Part shown: piece after piece, positions 13,688 to 26,227 of the stretch
Position numbering within the stretch: position 1 is the first letter of the stretch
How the letters are laid out: the number at the start of each line of letters is the position of its first letter
Assembly: GCF_003334765.1 (NCBI RefSeq)
Contig: NZ_QOWT01000004.1
DNA length: 64,000 bases
Direction: 5' to 3' (one strand)
Source: Escherichia coli
GTDB taxonomy: Bacteria; Pseudomonadota; Gammaproteobacteria; Enterobacterales; Enterobacteriaceae
The notes under the pieces: generated by a model
Seen by the model: the letters and a program-made list of their open reading frames with translations, nothing else
What the model was told of the DNA's origin: nothing
The model's database searches: none
Translations under genes and position numbers: made by a program

Positions 13688-14020
13688 TTGAAATCTCTTG
13701 GTTTATGTTGTCGTCAGGCTCATGCCGGAGGAGGGTGATGAGCGATTATATTTAGTGTGCGAATAATTTTGTTTGTAAATGCAAATGAGAAATATACGCA
13801 TTCATATTTGTCATGTAAACCAAACAGAGAATGTCTTTTCAGCGCATTCGCAGGCAGAAATGGGAATAATGGCGATATATACGGCAGCAAAACGATTTTT
13901 TGCTTAAGAAATCGTGAGTTAAGGTTGAAAGAGCAGGTTTAACTCGACCATACTCTATACTCGCAGTGTGGCGCGGCGTAGCATGGCGCAACGCATGGCT
14001 ATTTGAAAAAGGAAAATGTC

Positions 14021-14380
14021 GTGGCAGAAGAAACTATATTCAGCAAAATTATTCGTCGTGAGATCCCCTCCGATATCGTCTACCAGGATGATCTGGTAAC
14101 GGCGTTTCGCGATATTTCGCCGCAAGCGCCAACGCATATTCTGATCATTCCGAATATCCTCATTCCGACTGTGAACGACGTCTCAGCTGAGCATGAGCAG
14201 GCGCTGGGACGCATGATCACCGTAGCGGCAAAAATTGCTGAGCAAGAAGGTATTGCCGAAGATGGCTATCGTCTGATCATGAATACCAACCGCCATGGCG
14301 GACAAGAGGTTTACCACATCCATATGCACTTGTTGGGTGGCCGTCCGCTGGGACCAATGCTGGCGCATAAAGGTCTGTAA
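14021..14380 (+). CDS. hinT: Purine nucleoside phosphoramidase (HIT family)
   Basis: ORF-track entry starts at an upstream TTG; trimmed to GTG at 14021 ([11 protein letters not shown], 119 aa); HIT motif HIHMHLLGG present. Confidence 0.9.
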   Translation: MAEETIFSKIIRREIPSDIVYQDDLVTAFRDISPQAPTHILIIPNILIPTVNDVSAEHEQALGRMITVAAKIAEQEGIAEDGYRLIMNTNRHGGQEVYHIHMHLLGGRPLGPMLAHKGL

Positions 14381-14382
14381 CG

Positions 14383-14760
14383 ATGAGAAAAGGATGCTTT
14401 GGGCTGGTGTCTCTGGTGTTGTTACTGCTGGTGGGCTGTCGTTCACATCCGGAAATTCCGGTGAATGATGAGCAATCGCTGGTGATGGAGTCATCTTTAT
14501 TGGCTGCGGGCATCAGTGCAGAAAAGCCCTTCCTTTCGACGTCTGATATTCAACCTTCAGCATCCTCAACGCTTTATAACGAAAGGCAAGAACCCGTTAC
14601 CGTTCATTATCGTTTTTACTGGTATGACGCCAGAGGGCTGGAGATGCATCCTCTGGAAAGGCCACGCAGCGTTACCATTCCCGCACATTCGGCGGTAACG
14701 CTGTACGGCAGCGCCAATTTTCTGGGGGCGCACAAAGTCAGACTTTATCTATATTTGTAA
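14383..14760 (+). CDS. ycfL: Lipoprotein YcfL
   Basis: 125-aa ORF with lipobox (LVGC); conserved position after hinT. Confidence 0.88.
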   Translation: MRKGCFGLVSLVLLLLVGCRSHPEIPVNDEQSLVMESSLLAAGISAEKPFLSTSDIQPSASSTLYNERQEPVTVHYRFYWYDARGLEMHPLERPRSVTIPAHSAVTLYGSANFLGAHKVRLYLYL

Positions 14761-14773
14761 GGGGTGAATCTTG

Positions 14774-15395
14774 ATGACAAAAATGAGTCGCTACGCCTTG
14801 ATTACCGCGCTGGCGATGTTTCTCGCCGGGTGTGTGGGGCAACGTGAACCTGCACCGGTAGAAGAAGTGAAACCAGCGCCGGAACAACCAGCCGAGCCAC
14901 AACAGCCTGTCCCCACAGTGCCCTCGGTGCCGACGATCCCGCAGCAGCCAGGCCCAATTGAGCACGAAGATCAAACTGCACCGCCTGCGCCGCATATTCG
15001 CCATTATGACTGGAATGGCGCAATGCAGCCGATGGTCAGTAAGATGCTTGGGGCTGACGGGGTGACTGCGGGTAGCGTCCTGCTGGTTGATAGCGTTAAC
15101 AACCGTACTAACGGTTCGCTGAATGCCGCAGAAGCGACCGAAACGCTGCGAAATGCGCTGGCTAATAACGGGAAATTTACCCTGGTTTCCGCCCAGCAAC
15201 TGTCGATGGCGAAGCAACAGTTAGGTTTGTCGCCGCAGGACAGTTTAGGCACCCGTAGTAAAGCCATAGGCATTGCCCGCAATGTCGGCGCTCATTACGT
15301 GCTGTACTCCAGCGCCTCTGGCAACGTTAACGCTCCGACCCTACAAATGCAGCTGATGCTGGTGCAGACGGGCGAAATTATCTGGTCAGGTAAAG

Positions 15396-15415
<20 letters not shown>
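14774..15415 (+). CDS. lpoB: Outer-membrane lipoprotein LpoB (PBP1B activator)
   Basis: 213-aa ORF from ATG at 14774; lipobox LAGC; proline-rich linker. Confidence 0.9.
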
Positions 15416-17256
<1,841 letters not shown>

Positions 17257-17278
17257 CCCTGGCTTATGTGAGGAAGCG

Positions 17279-17821
17279 ATGATTATCTATTTACACGGTT
17301 TTGACTCTAACAGTCCGGGTAACCACGAGAAAGTCTTACAATTGCAGTTTATTGACCCGGATGTACGCTTGATAAGCTACAGTACGCGGCATCCGAAACA
17401 TGATATGCAGCATCTGCTTAAAGAAGTGGACAAAATGTTGCAACTGAACGTTGACGAGCGTCCGCTAATTTGCGGCGTTGGCTTGGGCGGATACTGGGCG
17501 GAACGGATTGGTTTTCTTTGCGACATCCGCCAGGTGATCTTCAACCCTAATTTGTTCCCTTATGAGAACATGGAAGGCAAGATTGATCGCCCGGAAGAGT
17601 ATGCCGATATTGCCACTAAGTGTGTGACCAACTTCCGTGAGAAGAATCGCGATCGTTGCCTGGTGATTTTGTCGCGTAATGATGAAGCGCTTAACAGCCA
17701 GCGGACATCTGAAGAGTTGCATCATTATTACGAGATTGTCTGGGACGAAGAGCAGACGCACAAATTCAAGAATATCTCCCCGCATTTACAGCGCATTAAA
17801 GCGTTCAAAACCCTCGGGTAA
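17279..17821 (+). CDS. ycfP: Alpha/beta-hydrolase family protein YcfP
   Basis: ORF-track entry trimmed to internal ATG ([13 protein letters not shown], 180 aa). Confidence 0.85.
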
Positions 17822-17829
17822 ATGCCCTC

Positions 17830-17960
17830 GTCGCATCAGGTAACCTTGCCGGTACCTGATGCGCTCCGAATTCTGTGGGTCGGATAAGGCGTCCACGCCG
17901 CATCCGACAGTCGAGCATCAATGCCTGATGCGCTTCTTATCAGGCCTACCGAACGCCCTG
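17830..17960. repeat. REP/BIME palindromic elements in the ycfP-ndh intergenic region
   Basis: Sequences such as cggataaggcgtccacgccgcatccg and gcctgatgcgc...cttatcaggcctac match the E. coli REP consensus in inverted orientations. Confidence 0.8.
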
Positions 17961-18220
17961 CATACACCCCTCACTCTATATCACTCTCACAAATTCGCTC
18001 AAATAATAAACAATAAACTCTGTTTTTTGATCTCACCCGGTAAAGTCGCCTATCTTTTCAGCAACAAAACTTGATTAACATCAATTTTGGTATGACCAAT
18101 GCACCATTCATGTTATTCTCAATAGCGAAGAACATTTTCATTGCTGTAACCTGTTGTTAATTAAGAGCTATGTTAATAACCATTAATTAACAATTGGTTA
18201 ATAAATTTAAGGGGGTCACG

Positions 18221-19525
18221 TTGACTACGCCATTGAAAAAGATTGTGATTGTCGGCGGCGGTGCTGGTGGGCTGGAAATGGCAACACAGCTGGGGCATAA
18301 GCTGGGACGCAAGAAAAAAGCCAAAATTACGCTGGTCGATCGTAACCACAGCCACCTGTGGAAACCGCTGCTGCACGAAGTGGCGACTGGCTCGCTTGAT
18401 GAAGGCGTCGATGCGTTGAGCTATCTGGCCCATGCGCGCAATCATGGTTTCCAGTTCCAGCTGGGTTCCGTCATTGATATTGATCGTGAAGCGAAAACAA
18501 TCACTATTGCAGAACTGCGCGACGAGAAAGGTGAACTGCTGGTTCCGGAACGTAAAATCGCCTATGACACCCTGGTAATGGCGCTGGGTAGCACCTCTAA
18601 CGATTTCAATACGCCAGGTGTCAAAGAGAACTGCATTTTCCTCGATAACCCGCACCAGGCGCGTCGCTTCCACCAGGAGATGCTGAATTTGTTCCTGAAA
18701 TACTCCGCCAACCTGGGCGCGAATGGCAAAGTGAACATTGCGATTGTCGGCGGCGGCGCGACGGGTGTAGAACTCTCCGCTGAATTGCACAACGCGGTCA
18801 AGCAACTGCACAGCTACGGTTACAAAGGCCTGACCAACGAAGCCCTGAACGTAACGCTGGTAGAAGCGGGAGAACGTATTTTGCCTGCGTTACCGCCACG
18901 TATCTCTGCTGCGGCCCACAACGAGCTAACGAAACTTGGCGTTCGCGTGCTGACGCAAACCATGGTCACCAGTGCTGATGAAGGCGGCCTGCACACTAAA
19001 GATGGCGAATATATTGAGGCTGATCTGATGGTATGGGCAGCCGGGATCAAAGCGCCAGACTTCCTGAAAGATATCGGTGGTCTTGAAACTAACCGTATCA
19101 ACCAGCTGGTGGTGGAACCGACGCTGCAAACCACCCGCGATCCAGACATTTACGCTATTGGCGACTGCGCGTCATGCCCGCGTCCGGAAGGGGGCTTTGT
19201 TCCGCCGCGTGCTCAGGCTGCACACCAGATGGCGACTTGCGCAATGAACAACATTCTGGCGCAGATGAACGGTAAGCCGCTGAAAAATTATCAGTATAAA
19301 GATCATGGTTCGCTGGTATCGCTGTCGAACTTCTCCACCGTCGGTAGCCTGATGGGTAACCTGACGCGCGGCTCAATGATGATTGAAGGACGAATTGCGC
19401 GCTTTGTATATATCTCGCTATACCGAATGCATCAGATTGCGCTGCATGGTTACTTTAAAACCGGATTAATGATGCTGGTGGGGAGTATTAACCGCGTTAT
19501 CCGTCCGCGTTTGAAGTTGCATTAA
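18221..19525 (+). CDS. ndh: Type II NADH dehydrogenase
   Basis: 434-aa ORF from TTG at 18221 ([17 protein letters not shown]), FAD-binding GGGAGG motif. Confidence 0.93.
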
Positions 19526-19734
19526 TCGACGTACACTGGCGGATGTGGCATAAACGCCTCATCCGCCCTTGAGGAACAGCGCGATCGGCAGCCGCGTTGT
19601 ATCAGGCATCCTTTCAGACTCCTCCGAATCCTTAAGTATTTCCAGCCATTCCCGCGCTTTTCATCTTCTGTCTGATAGCTGCTTTTCTCCTTCGCTTGCA
19701 TGATTGGCATAACTGCAAAGAAGGAGGTGTTCCC

Positions 19735-20274
19735 GTGAATAAATCAATGTTGGCGGGTATCGGGATTGGTGTCGCAGCTGCGCTGGGCGTAGCGGCAGTG
19801 GCCAGTCTGAACGTGTTTGAACGGGGCCCGCAATACGCTCAGGTTGTTTCTGCAACCCCAATCAAGGAAACGGTTAAAACACCGCGTCAGGAGTGTCGCA
19901 ACGTCACAGTGACCCATCGTCGACCGGTGCAGGATGAAAATCGCATTACCGGGTCGGTGCTCGGCGCTGTTGCTGGCGGCGTGATAGGGCATCAGTTTGG
20001 TGGTGGTCGCGGTAAAGATGTCGCCACTGTTGTGGGGGCGCTGGGTGGTGGATATGCCGGTAACCAGATCCAGGGCTCTCTCCAGGAAAGCGATACTTAC
20101 ACGACTACGCAACAGCGTTGTAAAACGGTGTATGACAAGTCAGAAAAAATGCTCGGTTATGATGTGACCTATAAGATTGGCGATCAGCAGGGCAAAATCC
20201 GCATGGACCGCGATCCGGGTACGCAGATCCCGCTAGATAGCAACGGGCAACTGATTTTGAATAACAAAGTATAA
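19735..20274 (+). CDS. ycfJ: Glycine-zipper membrane protein YcfJ
   Basis: ORF trimmed to GTG at 19735 (MNKSMLAGIGIG, 179 aa); Gly-rich region; terminator follows. Confidence 0.85.
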   Translation: MNKSMLAGIGIGVAAALGVAAVASLNVFERGPQYAQVVSATPIKETVKTPRQECRNVTVTHRRPVQDENRITGSVLGAVAGGVIGHQFGGGRGKDVATVVGALGGGYAGNQIQGSLQESDTYTTTQQRCKTVYDKSEKMLGYDVTYKIGDQQGKIRMDRDPGTQIPLDSNGQLILNNKV

Positions 20275-20296
20275 CAAGGCTGTACTCTGCAATTTG

Positions 20297-20330
20297 GCCC
20301 CTCATTCGCTCAGGCTGAGGGGCTTTTTTT
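20297..20330 (+). terminator. Rho-independent terminator after ycfJ (between convergent ycfJ and comR)
   Basis: 8-bp perfect stem gcccctca/tgaggggc followed by TTTTTTT. Confidence 0.8.
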
Positions 20331-20335
20331 GCGAC

Positions 20336-20968
20336 TTATTTCACCAGTTCGGGCCATAAACGCAAAGTCGTTCCGGCAATCTGCATCAGTTTTTCCAGCG
20401 ATGCACCTTCGCGTGCGCTGATCGACATCCCCTGAATAATACAATTAAGGAATTCTGCCAGATGTGTCACGTCACAGTGGGGCGGGATTTCCCCGCGCGC
20501 TTGTCGTTGACATAAAAACTGCTGCAAAGTGCGCTCTTGCATCGCATGGCGTGATTTCAACGTATTGGCGATATCTCCTGAATCTGGGGAGAGGGTGGTG
20601 CAGTTGTTGATCATGAAGCAGCCTGCCGGGGTGTCTTTGCTGGTAAAGCAGTTGGCGATGGCAGCAAAATAGTCAGCCAGCGCAGACTCCACGCTTTTCT
20701 CTTCACAAAACAGCTGTGCTTCATGCTTAGCGGCAAAACGATCGATATAGCGGTCGAGAACGGCACGAAATAACCCCTCTTTGTTGGTAAATTCCGCGTA
20801 TAGCGTGGGCGCTTTGGCTCCGGTCGCTTCGACGAGGTCCGCAAGAGAAGTCGCTTCATAACCGTGTTGCCAGAACAATTTCATGGCCTTATCAAGCGCG
20901 GCATCCCTGTCGAACACTTTTGGGCGGCCACGGCTTTTTTTTACACATTGTGTTGAGTCAGTTGCCAT
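20336..20968 (-). CDS. comR: TetR-family transcriptional repressor ComR (YcfQ)
   Basis: ORF trimmed to internal start MATDSTQCVKK (210 aa); TetR-type N-terminal helix-turn-helix. Confidence 0.85.
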   Translation of the reverse strand: MATDSTQCVKKSRGRPKVFDRDAALDKAMKLFWQHGYEATSLADLVEATGAKAPTLYAEFTNKEGLFRAVLDRYIDRFAAKHEAQLFCEEKSVESALADYFAAIANCFTSKDTPAGCFMINNCTTLSPDSGDIANTLKSRHAMQERTLQQFLCQRQARGEIPPHCDVTHLAEFLNCIIQGMSISAREGASLEKLMQIAGTTLRLWPELVK

Positions 20969-21208
20969 GATGCCGTTGTACCTGGTGACTGTGAATGAAA
21001 GGTTATTATAAAAATAATCACCTCCGTTCACCAGTCCAGATCCCATAAAAATAATTGCTTTCTATTTAACTGAAATTTAAAGATTTTTAAATTAATTAAT
21101 GATTGTTATAAAAAATATCTTGTATGTGATCCAGATCACATCTATCATTTAGTTATCGATCGTTAAGTAATTGCTTGCGACGTCATTCATCTGCATAAGG
21201 CCACTATT

Positions 21209-21466
21209 ATGAAAAACGTAAAAACCCTCATCGCTGCGGCGATTTTAAGCTCCATGTCATTTGCCAGCTTTGCGGCTGTCGAAGTTCAGTCAACGCCAGA
21301 AGGCCAACAAAAAGTCGGTACAATCAGTGCTAACGCGGGGACAAATCTGGGATCGCTGGAAGAGCAGCTGGCGCAAAAAGCGGATGAGATGGGCGCAAAA
21401 TCTTTCCGTATTACTTCTGTAACCGGTCCGAATACCCTCCATGGAACAGCAGTAATTTATAAATAA
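21209..21466 (+). CDS. bhsA: Stress/biofilm outer-membrane protein BhsA (YcfR)
   Basis: 85-aa ORF with signal peptide; YdgH/BhsA family; terminator follows. Confidence 0.9.
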   Translation: MKNVKTLIAAAILSSMSFASFAAVEVQSTPEGQQKVGTISANAGTNLGSLEEQLAQKADEMGAKSFRITSVTGPNTLHGTAVIYK

Positions 21467-21505
21467 GCATTAACCCTCATTAATGCCTGCTACTGCTGAT
21501 TTTTT

Positions 21506-21538
21506 CCCCGCGACATGCCGTGTCGCGGGGATTTTTTT
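21506..21538 (+). terminator. Rho-independent terminator after bhsA
   Basis: 10-bp perfect stem ccccgcgaca/tgtcgcgggg followed by ATTTTTTT. Confidence 0.8.
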
Positions 21539-21547
21539 ATCCGGGCT

Positions 21548-22513
21548 TTACAGCGTTTGTGGGCTCACTTGATGACGGCGGACATCCACCGGCATCCCGG
21601 AACGGACATCCATCACATGTTGCATCACTTCAGCGTCAGTTTGTGCTGCATCTTTAAATGATTGCATTGCGCTATTCAGCGTAATTGGCAGCAGCTGCGG
21701 ATCGTCATCAATCTTCTCTGACAGCGGCTGATGTACTTCAACCAGACGCGCACCGTTTGGTTCGGCAGAGACTTTTATCGGAGTGTTGATGATATTCACT
21801 TTGGTGCCTGGGGTGACCTGGCTAAAGAGTGTTTTGATATCGTCATCCCGCAGGCGAATACAGCCAGAACTTACCCGCATGCCAATGCCGAAATCGGCGT
21901 TCGTACCATGAAGCAAATAAACGCCGCCATAGGCCGCCAGACGAATCGCATGATGGCCCATTGGGTTATCCGGTCCAGCCGGCACTACCGCAGGCAACTC
22001 AATTCCCTGTGCTTTATAACGGGCGCGGATGTTTGCCGTTGGCGTCCAGGTTGGGTTTGCACGTTTGTCTGAAACGGTGGTCACCATTGTCGGTGTCAGC
22101 GTGTCACCACCTAACTGACCAATACCTATTGGATACACGGTTACCGAATTTTTACCCGGCGGGTAGTAATAGAGACGCAGCTCCGCAATGTTGATCACAA
22201 TGCCTTCGCGCGGCGCATCTGGAAGTAGGGTTTGCAACGGGATCGTTAACACGCTGCCCGCGCGCGGTACGTAAGGATCAACGCCGGGGTTAGCCTGTAA
22301 CAGAGCGAGAAAGCCGACGTTGTATTTTTTGGCGATGGCTTCCAGAGAACCACCGTCATTTTCCACCACATGAAATTTGTTTTCGCCAACCAGACGACTG
22401 CCCGCTGGCGGCAGCGGCCAGGTGTTGGCTTTTGCCGGTAGCGCCAGCGCCACGGCAGCGGCGAACGTAAAAAACGTTAGCCAGCGAGAAAAACGCGTTT
22501 TGATCATCACCAA
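21548..22513 (-). CDS. ldtC: L,D-transpeptidase LdtC (YcfS)
   Basis: 321-aa ORF with signal peptide, LysM-like region and YkuD-type catalytic motif SSGCIRL. Confidence 0.9.
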   Translation of the reverse strand: MVMIKTRFSRWLTFFTFAAAVALALPAKANTWPLPPAGSRLVGENKFHVVENDGGSLEAIAKKYNVGFLALLQANPGVDPYVPRAGSVLTIPLQTLLPDAPREGIVINIAELRLYYYPPGKNSVTVYPIGIGQLGGDTLTPTMVTTVSDKRANPTWTPTANIRARYKAQGIELPAVVPAGPDNPMGHHAIRLAAYGGVYLLHGTNADFGIGMRVSSGCIRLRDDDIKTLFSQVTPGTKVNIINTPIKVSAEPNGARLVEVHQPLSEKIDDDPQLLPITLNSAMQSFKDAAQTDAEVMQHVMDVRSGMPVDVRRHQVSPQTL

Positions 22514-22653
22514 AAATCCATAATAAATATAAGGTTATTGTAATAAACAGATAAGCCTGAATTATGGATGGTGACAGTGTCGGATAGTGCAGGGAAGTGC
22601 AAAGAATTTGTAAATGTTGCAGATGGGGGCGCAGAAACGCCCCCGATTTACCA

Positions 22654-25600
22654 TTAAGCGATCGCGTTCTCTTCCAGTTCACGCATAAACTGGCGTACCC
22701 ATTCGATACGCGTTTTCCGCTCACTCAAATCCTGAATAAATTTCAGGCGCGTCGGACCATCAAGGCGGTAATGCTGCGGCTGTTTTTGCAGCAAACCAAT
22801 CAACCAGGCCGGATTAACGTGATTCTTCTCGGCAAATTCGATCACCCCGCCTTTCTCATTACCTTCCAGCTTCCTGATCCCCAGTTTCTGCGCTTGCTGG
22901 CGCAGACGGGCAATATCCAGCAGGGTACGCGCCGGATCTGGCAGCAGGCCGAAGCGATCGATAAGCTCGACTTTGATCTCTTCCAGTTCGTTTTCCGTTT
23001 TGGCGCTGGCAATACGTTTGTAGAACGACAGACGCGTGTTCACGTCAGGGATGAAATCATCTGGCAATAGCGACGGCATCCGCAGCTCGACTTCTGTTTG
23101 CTGGCTGGTGAGATCTTCCAGCGACGGCTCGCGTCCGGCTTTCAGTGCATCGACGGCGTTTTCCAGCAACTCCATATACAGCGAGAAACCGATGGTTTCC
23201 ATTGAGCCGCTTTGTTCTTCGCCAAGCAGTTCACCCGCGCCGCGAATCTCCAGATCGTGCGTTGCCAGCGCAAAACCTGCCCCGAGATCTTCCAGCGAGG
23301 CAATTGCTTCAAGACGTTTTTGTGCATCGGTAGTCATCGCTTTTGGATGCGGTGTCAGCAACCATGCATATGCCTGATGATGCGAACGTCCGACGCGACC
23401 GCGTAACTGGTGCAGCTGCGCCAGACCGAAGTGATCCGCGCGTTCAATGATAATAGTGTTGGCTGTCGGGATGTCGATCCCGGTTTCGATAATGGTTGTA
23501 CAAACCAGCACGTTGAAACGTTGATGATGGAAATCATTCATCACCCGTTCCAGTTCGCGCTCGCGCATCTGCCCGTGACCGATGGCGATCCGCGCTTCTG
23601 GCACCAGTTCTGCCAGCCGTTCGGCGGCTTTCTGAATGTTTTCCACATCATTGTAGAGATAATAAACCTGTCCTCCGCGCAAAATTTCACGCAGGATCGC
23701 CTCCCGGACCACCATGCTGTCATACTCACGGACAAAGGTTTTAACTGCCAGACGACGGGCGGGCGGCGTGGCGATAATCGACAGGTCACGCATTCCGCTC
23801 ATTGCCATATTCAGCGTACGTGGGATCGGCGTTGCAGTAAGCGTCAGAATATCCACGTTCGCGCGCATCGCTTTAATGCGCTCTTTATGACGCACCCCGA
23901 AGCGGTGTTCTTCATCGACAATCAGCAGGCCTAAATCTTTAAACTTGACGTCACTTTGCAGCAGTTTGTGCGTACCGATCAGAATATCGATTTTCCCTTC
24001 CGCCACTTCCGCAAGGATTTGCGTCTGCTCTTTGGCGCTGCGGAAACGGGAGATCATTTCGATACGTACCGGCCAGTTGGCGAAACGGTCGCGGAAGTTG
24101 TCGTAATGCTGCTGCGCGAGAAGGGTGGTAGGCACCAGCACCGCCACCTGCTTGTGGTTATCTACTGCCAGGAAAGCTGCGCGCATCGCCACTTCTGTTT
24201 TACCAAAGCCAACATCGCCGCACACCAGACGATCCATTGCCAGCGGCTGACACATGTCGCTAAGTACCGCATTAATGGCCTGCGCCTGATCCGGCGTGGT
24301 TTCAAACGGGAAGCTGTCGCAGAACAACTGATACTGCTCACGATCGTGTTTAAACGCGAAGCCCTCTTTGGCGGCGCGTTGCGCGTAGATATCCAGCAAT
24401 TCCGCCGCCACATCACGCACTTTTTCCGCCGCTTTCTGCCGCGCGCGTGACCACGCATCGCCGCCAAGTTTATGCAGCGGGGCGTTTTCTTCCGCGCCAC
24501 CTGCGTAACGGCTAATCAGATGCAGTGACGACACCGGAACATACAGTTTGGCGTCGTTGGCATAGGTGAGCATCAGATACTCGCCAGTAATGCCACCCGC
24601 TTCCAGCGTGGTCATTCCGGCATAACGACCGACGCCGTGCTCCAGATGGACCACCGGCTGACCAATATGCAGTTCCGCAAGGTTACGGATCAGTGTATCG
24701 GGGTTGATGGTGCGGCGAGAATCCTGACGACGACGGGCAACGCGTTCACCGAGCAGATCGCTTTCGCAAATCAGCGCCAGATTACGCACCGTATCGACAA
24801 AACCATGTTCGGCAGCGCCAATCATCAGATAACGCCCACGGTCGCTGGCTTCATCAAGACGCATAATGCGTTGCGGAGCAATTTTAATTCGTGCGAGCAG
24901 TTCACCCAGCGCTTCACGGCGACCTTCACTTTCTACCGAGAACACCACCGGACCGTCGAAAGTCTCGAGGAACTTACGCAGCGCATCCAGCGGCGCTTTT
25001 TGTTGTGCCTGAACGGCCAGGTCTGGCAGTTTCTGGAAACCTAAATTGGCATTCGCGGCTTTTGTCGGTAAATGTTCAGTTTTTAGCTGCACCCGGGGCC
25101 AGTTTTTCAGCTCTGAGAAGAGCTCGTCCACCCGCAGCCAGAGCGATTGTGGTGGCAACAGCGGGCGCATCGGATCGACGCCGCGATTCTCAAAACGCGC
25201 CAGCGTGTCAGCCTGGAAACGTTCGGCACTGGTTTCCAGATCGCCAGTATTCACGAGCAAGGTATTGGCAGGGAAATAACTGAACAGCGGCGGCAGTGGT
25301 TCGCTGAAGAACAATGGCTGCCAGTACTCGATCCCGGCAGGTAATGTGCCTTTACTCACTTGCTGGTAAATATGTTCTGGATCGCGCTTCACTTCGAAGG
25401 TATCGCGCCACTGGCTGCGGAACAGTTCAATTGCCGCTTTATCGGTCGGAAATTCGTGCGCGGGCAGCAGATTGATCGCTTCTACTTCCTCCAGCGTGCG
25501 CTGGCTGTCGACGTCAAACACCCGCAGGCTGTCGATTTCATCATCAAAGAAATCAAGACGATAAGGCAGCTCACTCCCCATCGGGAAGAGATCCAGCAAC

Positions 25601-26100
25601 GCGCCGCGCGTGGCGTATTCGCCGTGCTCCATCACCTGGTCAACATGGCGATAACCGGCGCTGTCCAGTTGGGTTCGTAATGCATCTCGTGACAGGCGCT
25701 GACCTTTTTTCATCACCAGCGCATGACCGTGGAGAAAACTGTGTGGGCAAACGCGCTGCATAAGCGTATTCACCGGAACAATCAGTACGCCACGCTGCAT
25801 CGTCGGTAGCTGGTAAAGGGTGGAAAGGCGCGAGGAGATAATGTCCTGATGAGGCGAAAAACTGTCGTAGGGAAGAGTTTCCCAGTCCGCCAGATTCATC
25901 ACCATTTGATCGGTAAACTGGCTGATTTCATCATGCAAACGCAGAGCATTTTGCATATCTGGTGCAATGAGTACCACCGGACCGGCGTGACGTTCGGCAA
26001 TTTCCGCTACCAGCGTTGCACAGGCTGCGCCGGTTAACTCGCCCAGCAGACGCTGCTCACCCGCTTTGACGGGCAGCGTATAACGATATTGTTCAGGCAT
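22654..26100 (-). CDS. mfd: Transcription-repair coupling factor
   Basis: ORF-track entry (1169 aa) trimmed to internal start MPEQYRYTLPVKAGEQ (1148 aa); superfamily 2 helicase motifs. Confidence 0.95.
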   Translation of the reverse strand: MPEQYRYTLPVKAGEQRLLGELTGAACATLVAEIAERHAGPVVLIAPDMQNALRLHDEISQFTDQMVMNLADWETLPYDSFSPHQDIISSRLSTLYQLPTMQRGVLIVPVNTLMQRVCPHSFLHGHALVMKKGQRLSRDALRTQLDSAGYRHVDQVMEHGEYATRGALLDLFPMGSELPYRLDFFDDEIDSLRVFDVDSQRTLEEVEAINLLPAHEFPTDKAAIELFRSQWRDTFEVKRDPEHIYQQVSKGTLPAGIEYWQPLFFSEPLPPLFSYFPANTLLVNTGDLETSAERFQADTLARFENRGVDPMRPLLPPQSLWLRVDELFSELKNWPRVQLKTEHLPTKAANANLGFQKLPDLAVQAQQKAPLDALRKFLETFDGPVVFSVESEGRREALGELLARIKIAPQRIMRLDEASDRGRYLMIGAAEHGFVDTVRNLALICESDLLGERVARRRQDSRRTINPDTLIRNLAELHIGQPVVHLEHGVGRYAGMTTLEAGGITGEYLMLTYANDAKLYVPVSSLHLISRYAGGAEENAPLHKLGGDAWSRARQKAAEKVRDVAAELLDIYAQRAAKEGFAFKHDREQYQLFCDSFPFETTPDQAQAINAVLSDMCQPLAMDRLVCGDVGFGKTEVAMRAAFLAVDNHKQVAVLVPTTLLAQQHYDNFRDRFANWPVRIEMISRFRSAKEQTQILAEVAEGKIDILIGTHKLLQSDVKFKDLGLLIVDEEHRFGVRHKERIKAMRANVDILTLTATPIPRTLNMAMSGMRDLSIIATPPARRLAVKTFVREYDSMVVREAILREILRGGQVYYLYNDVENIQKAAERLAELVPEARIAIGHGQMRERELERVMNDFHHQRFNVLVCTTIIETGIDIPTANTIIIERADHFGLAQLHQLRGRVGRSHHQAYAWLLTPHPKAMTTDAQKRLEAIASLEDLGAGFALATHDLEIRGAGELLGEEQSGSMETIGFSLYMELLENAVDALKAGREPSLEDLTSQQTEVELRMPSLLPDDFIPDVNTRLSFYKRIASAKTENELEEIKVELIDRFGLLPDPARTLLDIARLRQQAQKLGIRKLEGNEKGGVIEFAEKNHVNPAWLIGLLQKQPQHYRLDGPTRLKFIQDLSERKTRIEWVRQFMRELEENAIA

Positions 26101-26227
26101 AACGGTTGTCAGATTCTCGTTAGGATATGCCTCAACATATGGGGGCATATCTCTGATAAGCAATGCTGTTCATTATCCGTAATCGACATGGTTTAGCAAA
26201 TTGAATCGCCCCGGCTGGGGCGATGGC

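Noticed and set aside
17830-17960. GC-rich palindromic clusters that could be mistaken for CRISPR repeats or novel structured RNAs
   Set aside because: Sequences match the well-known REP/BIME extragenic palindromes of E. coli (also at 32505-32592); no regularly spaced repeat-spacer architecture is present anywhere in the window.
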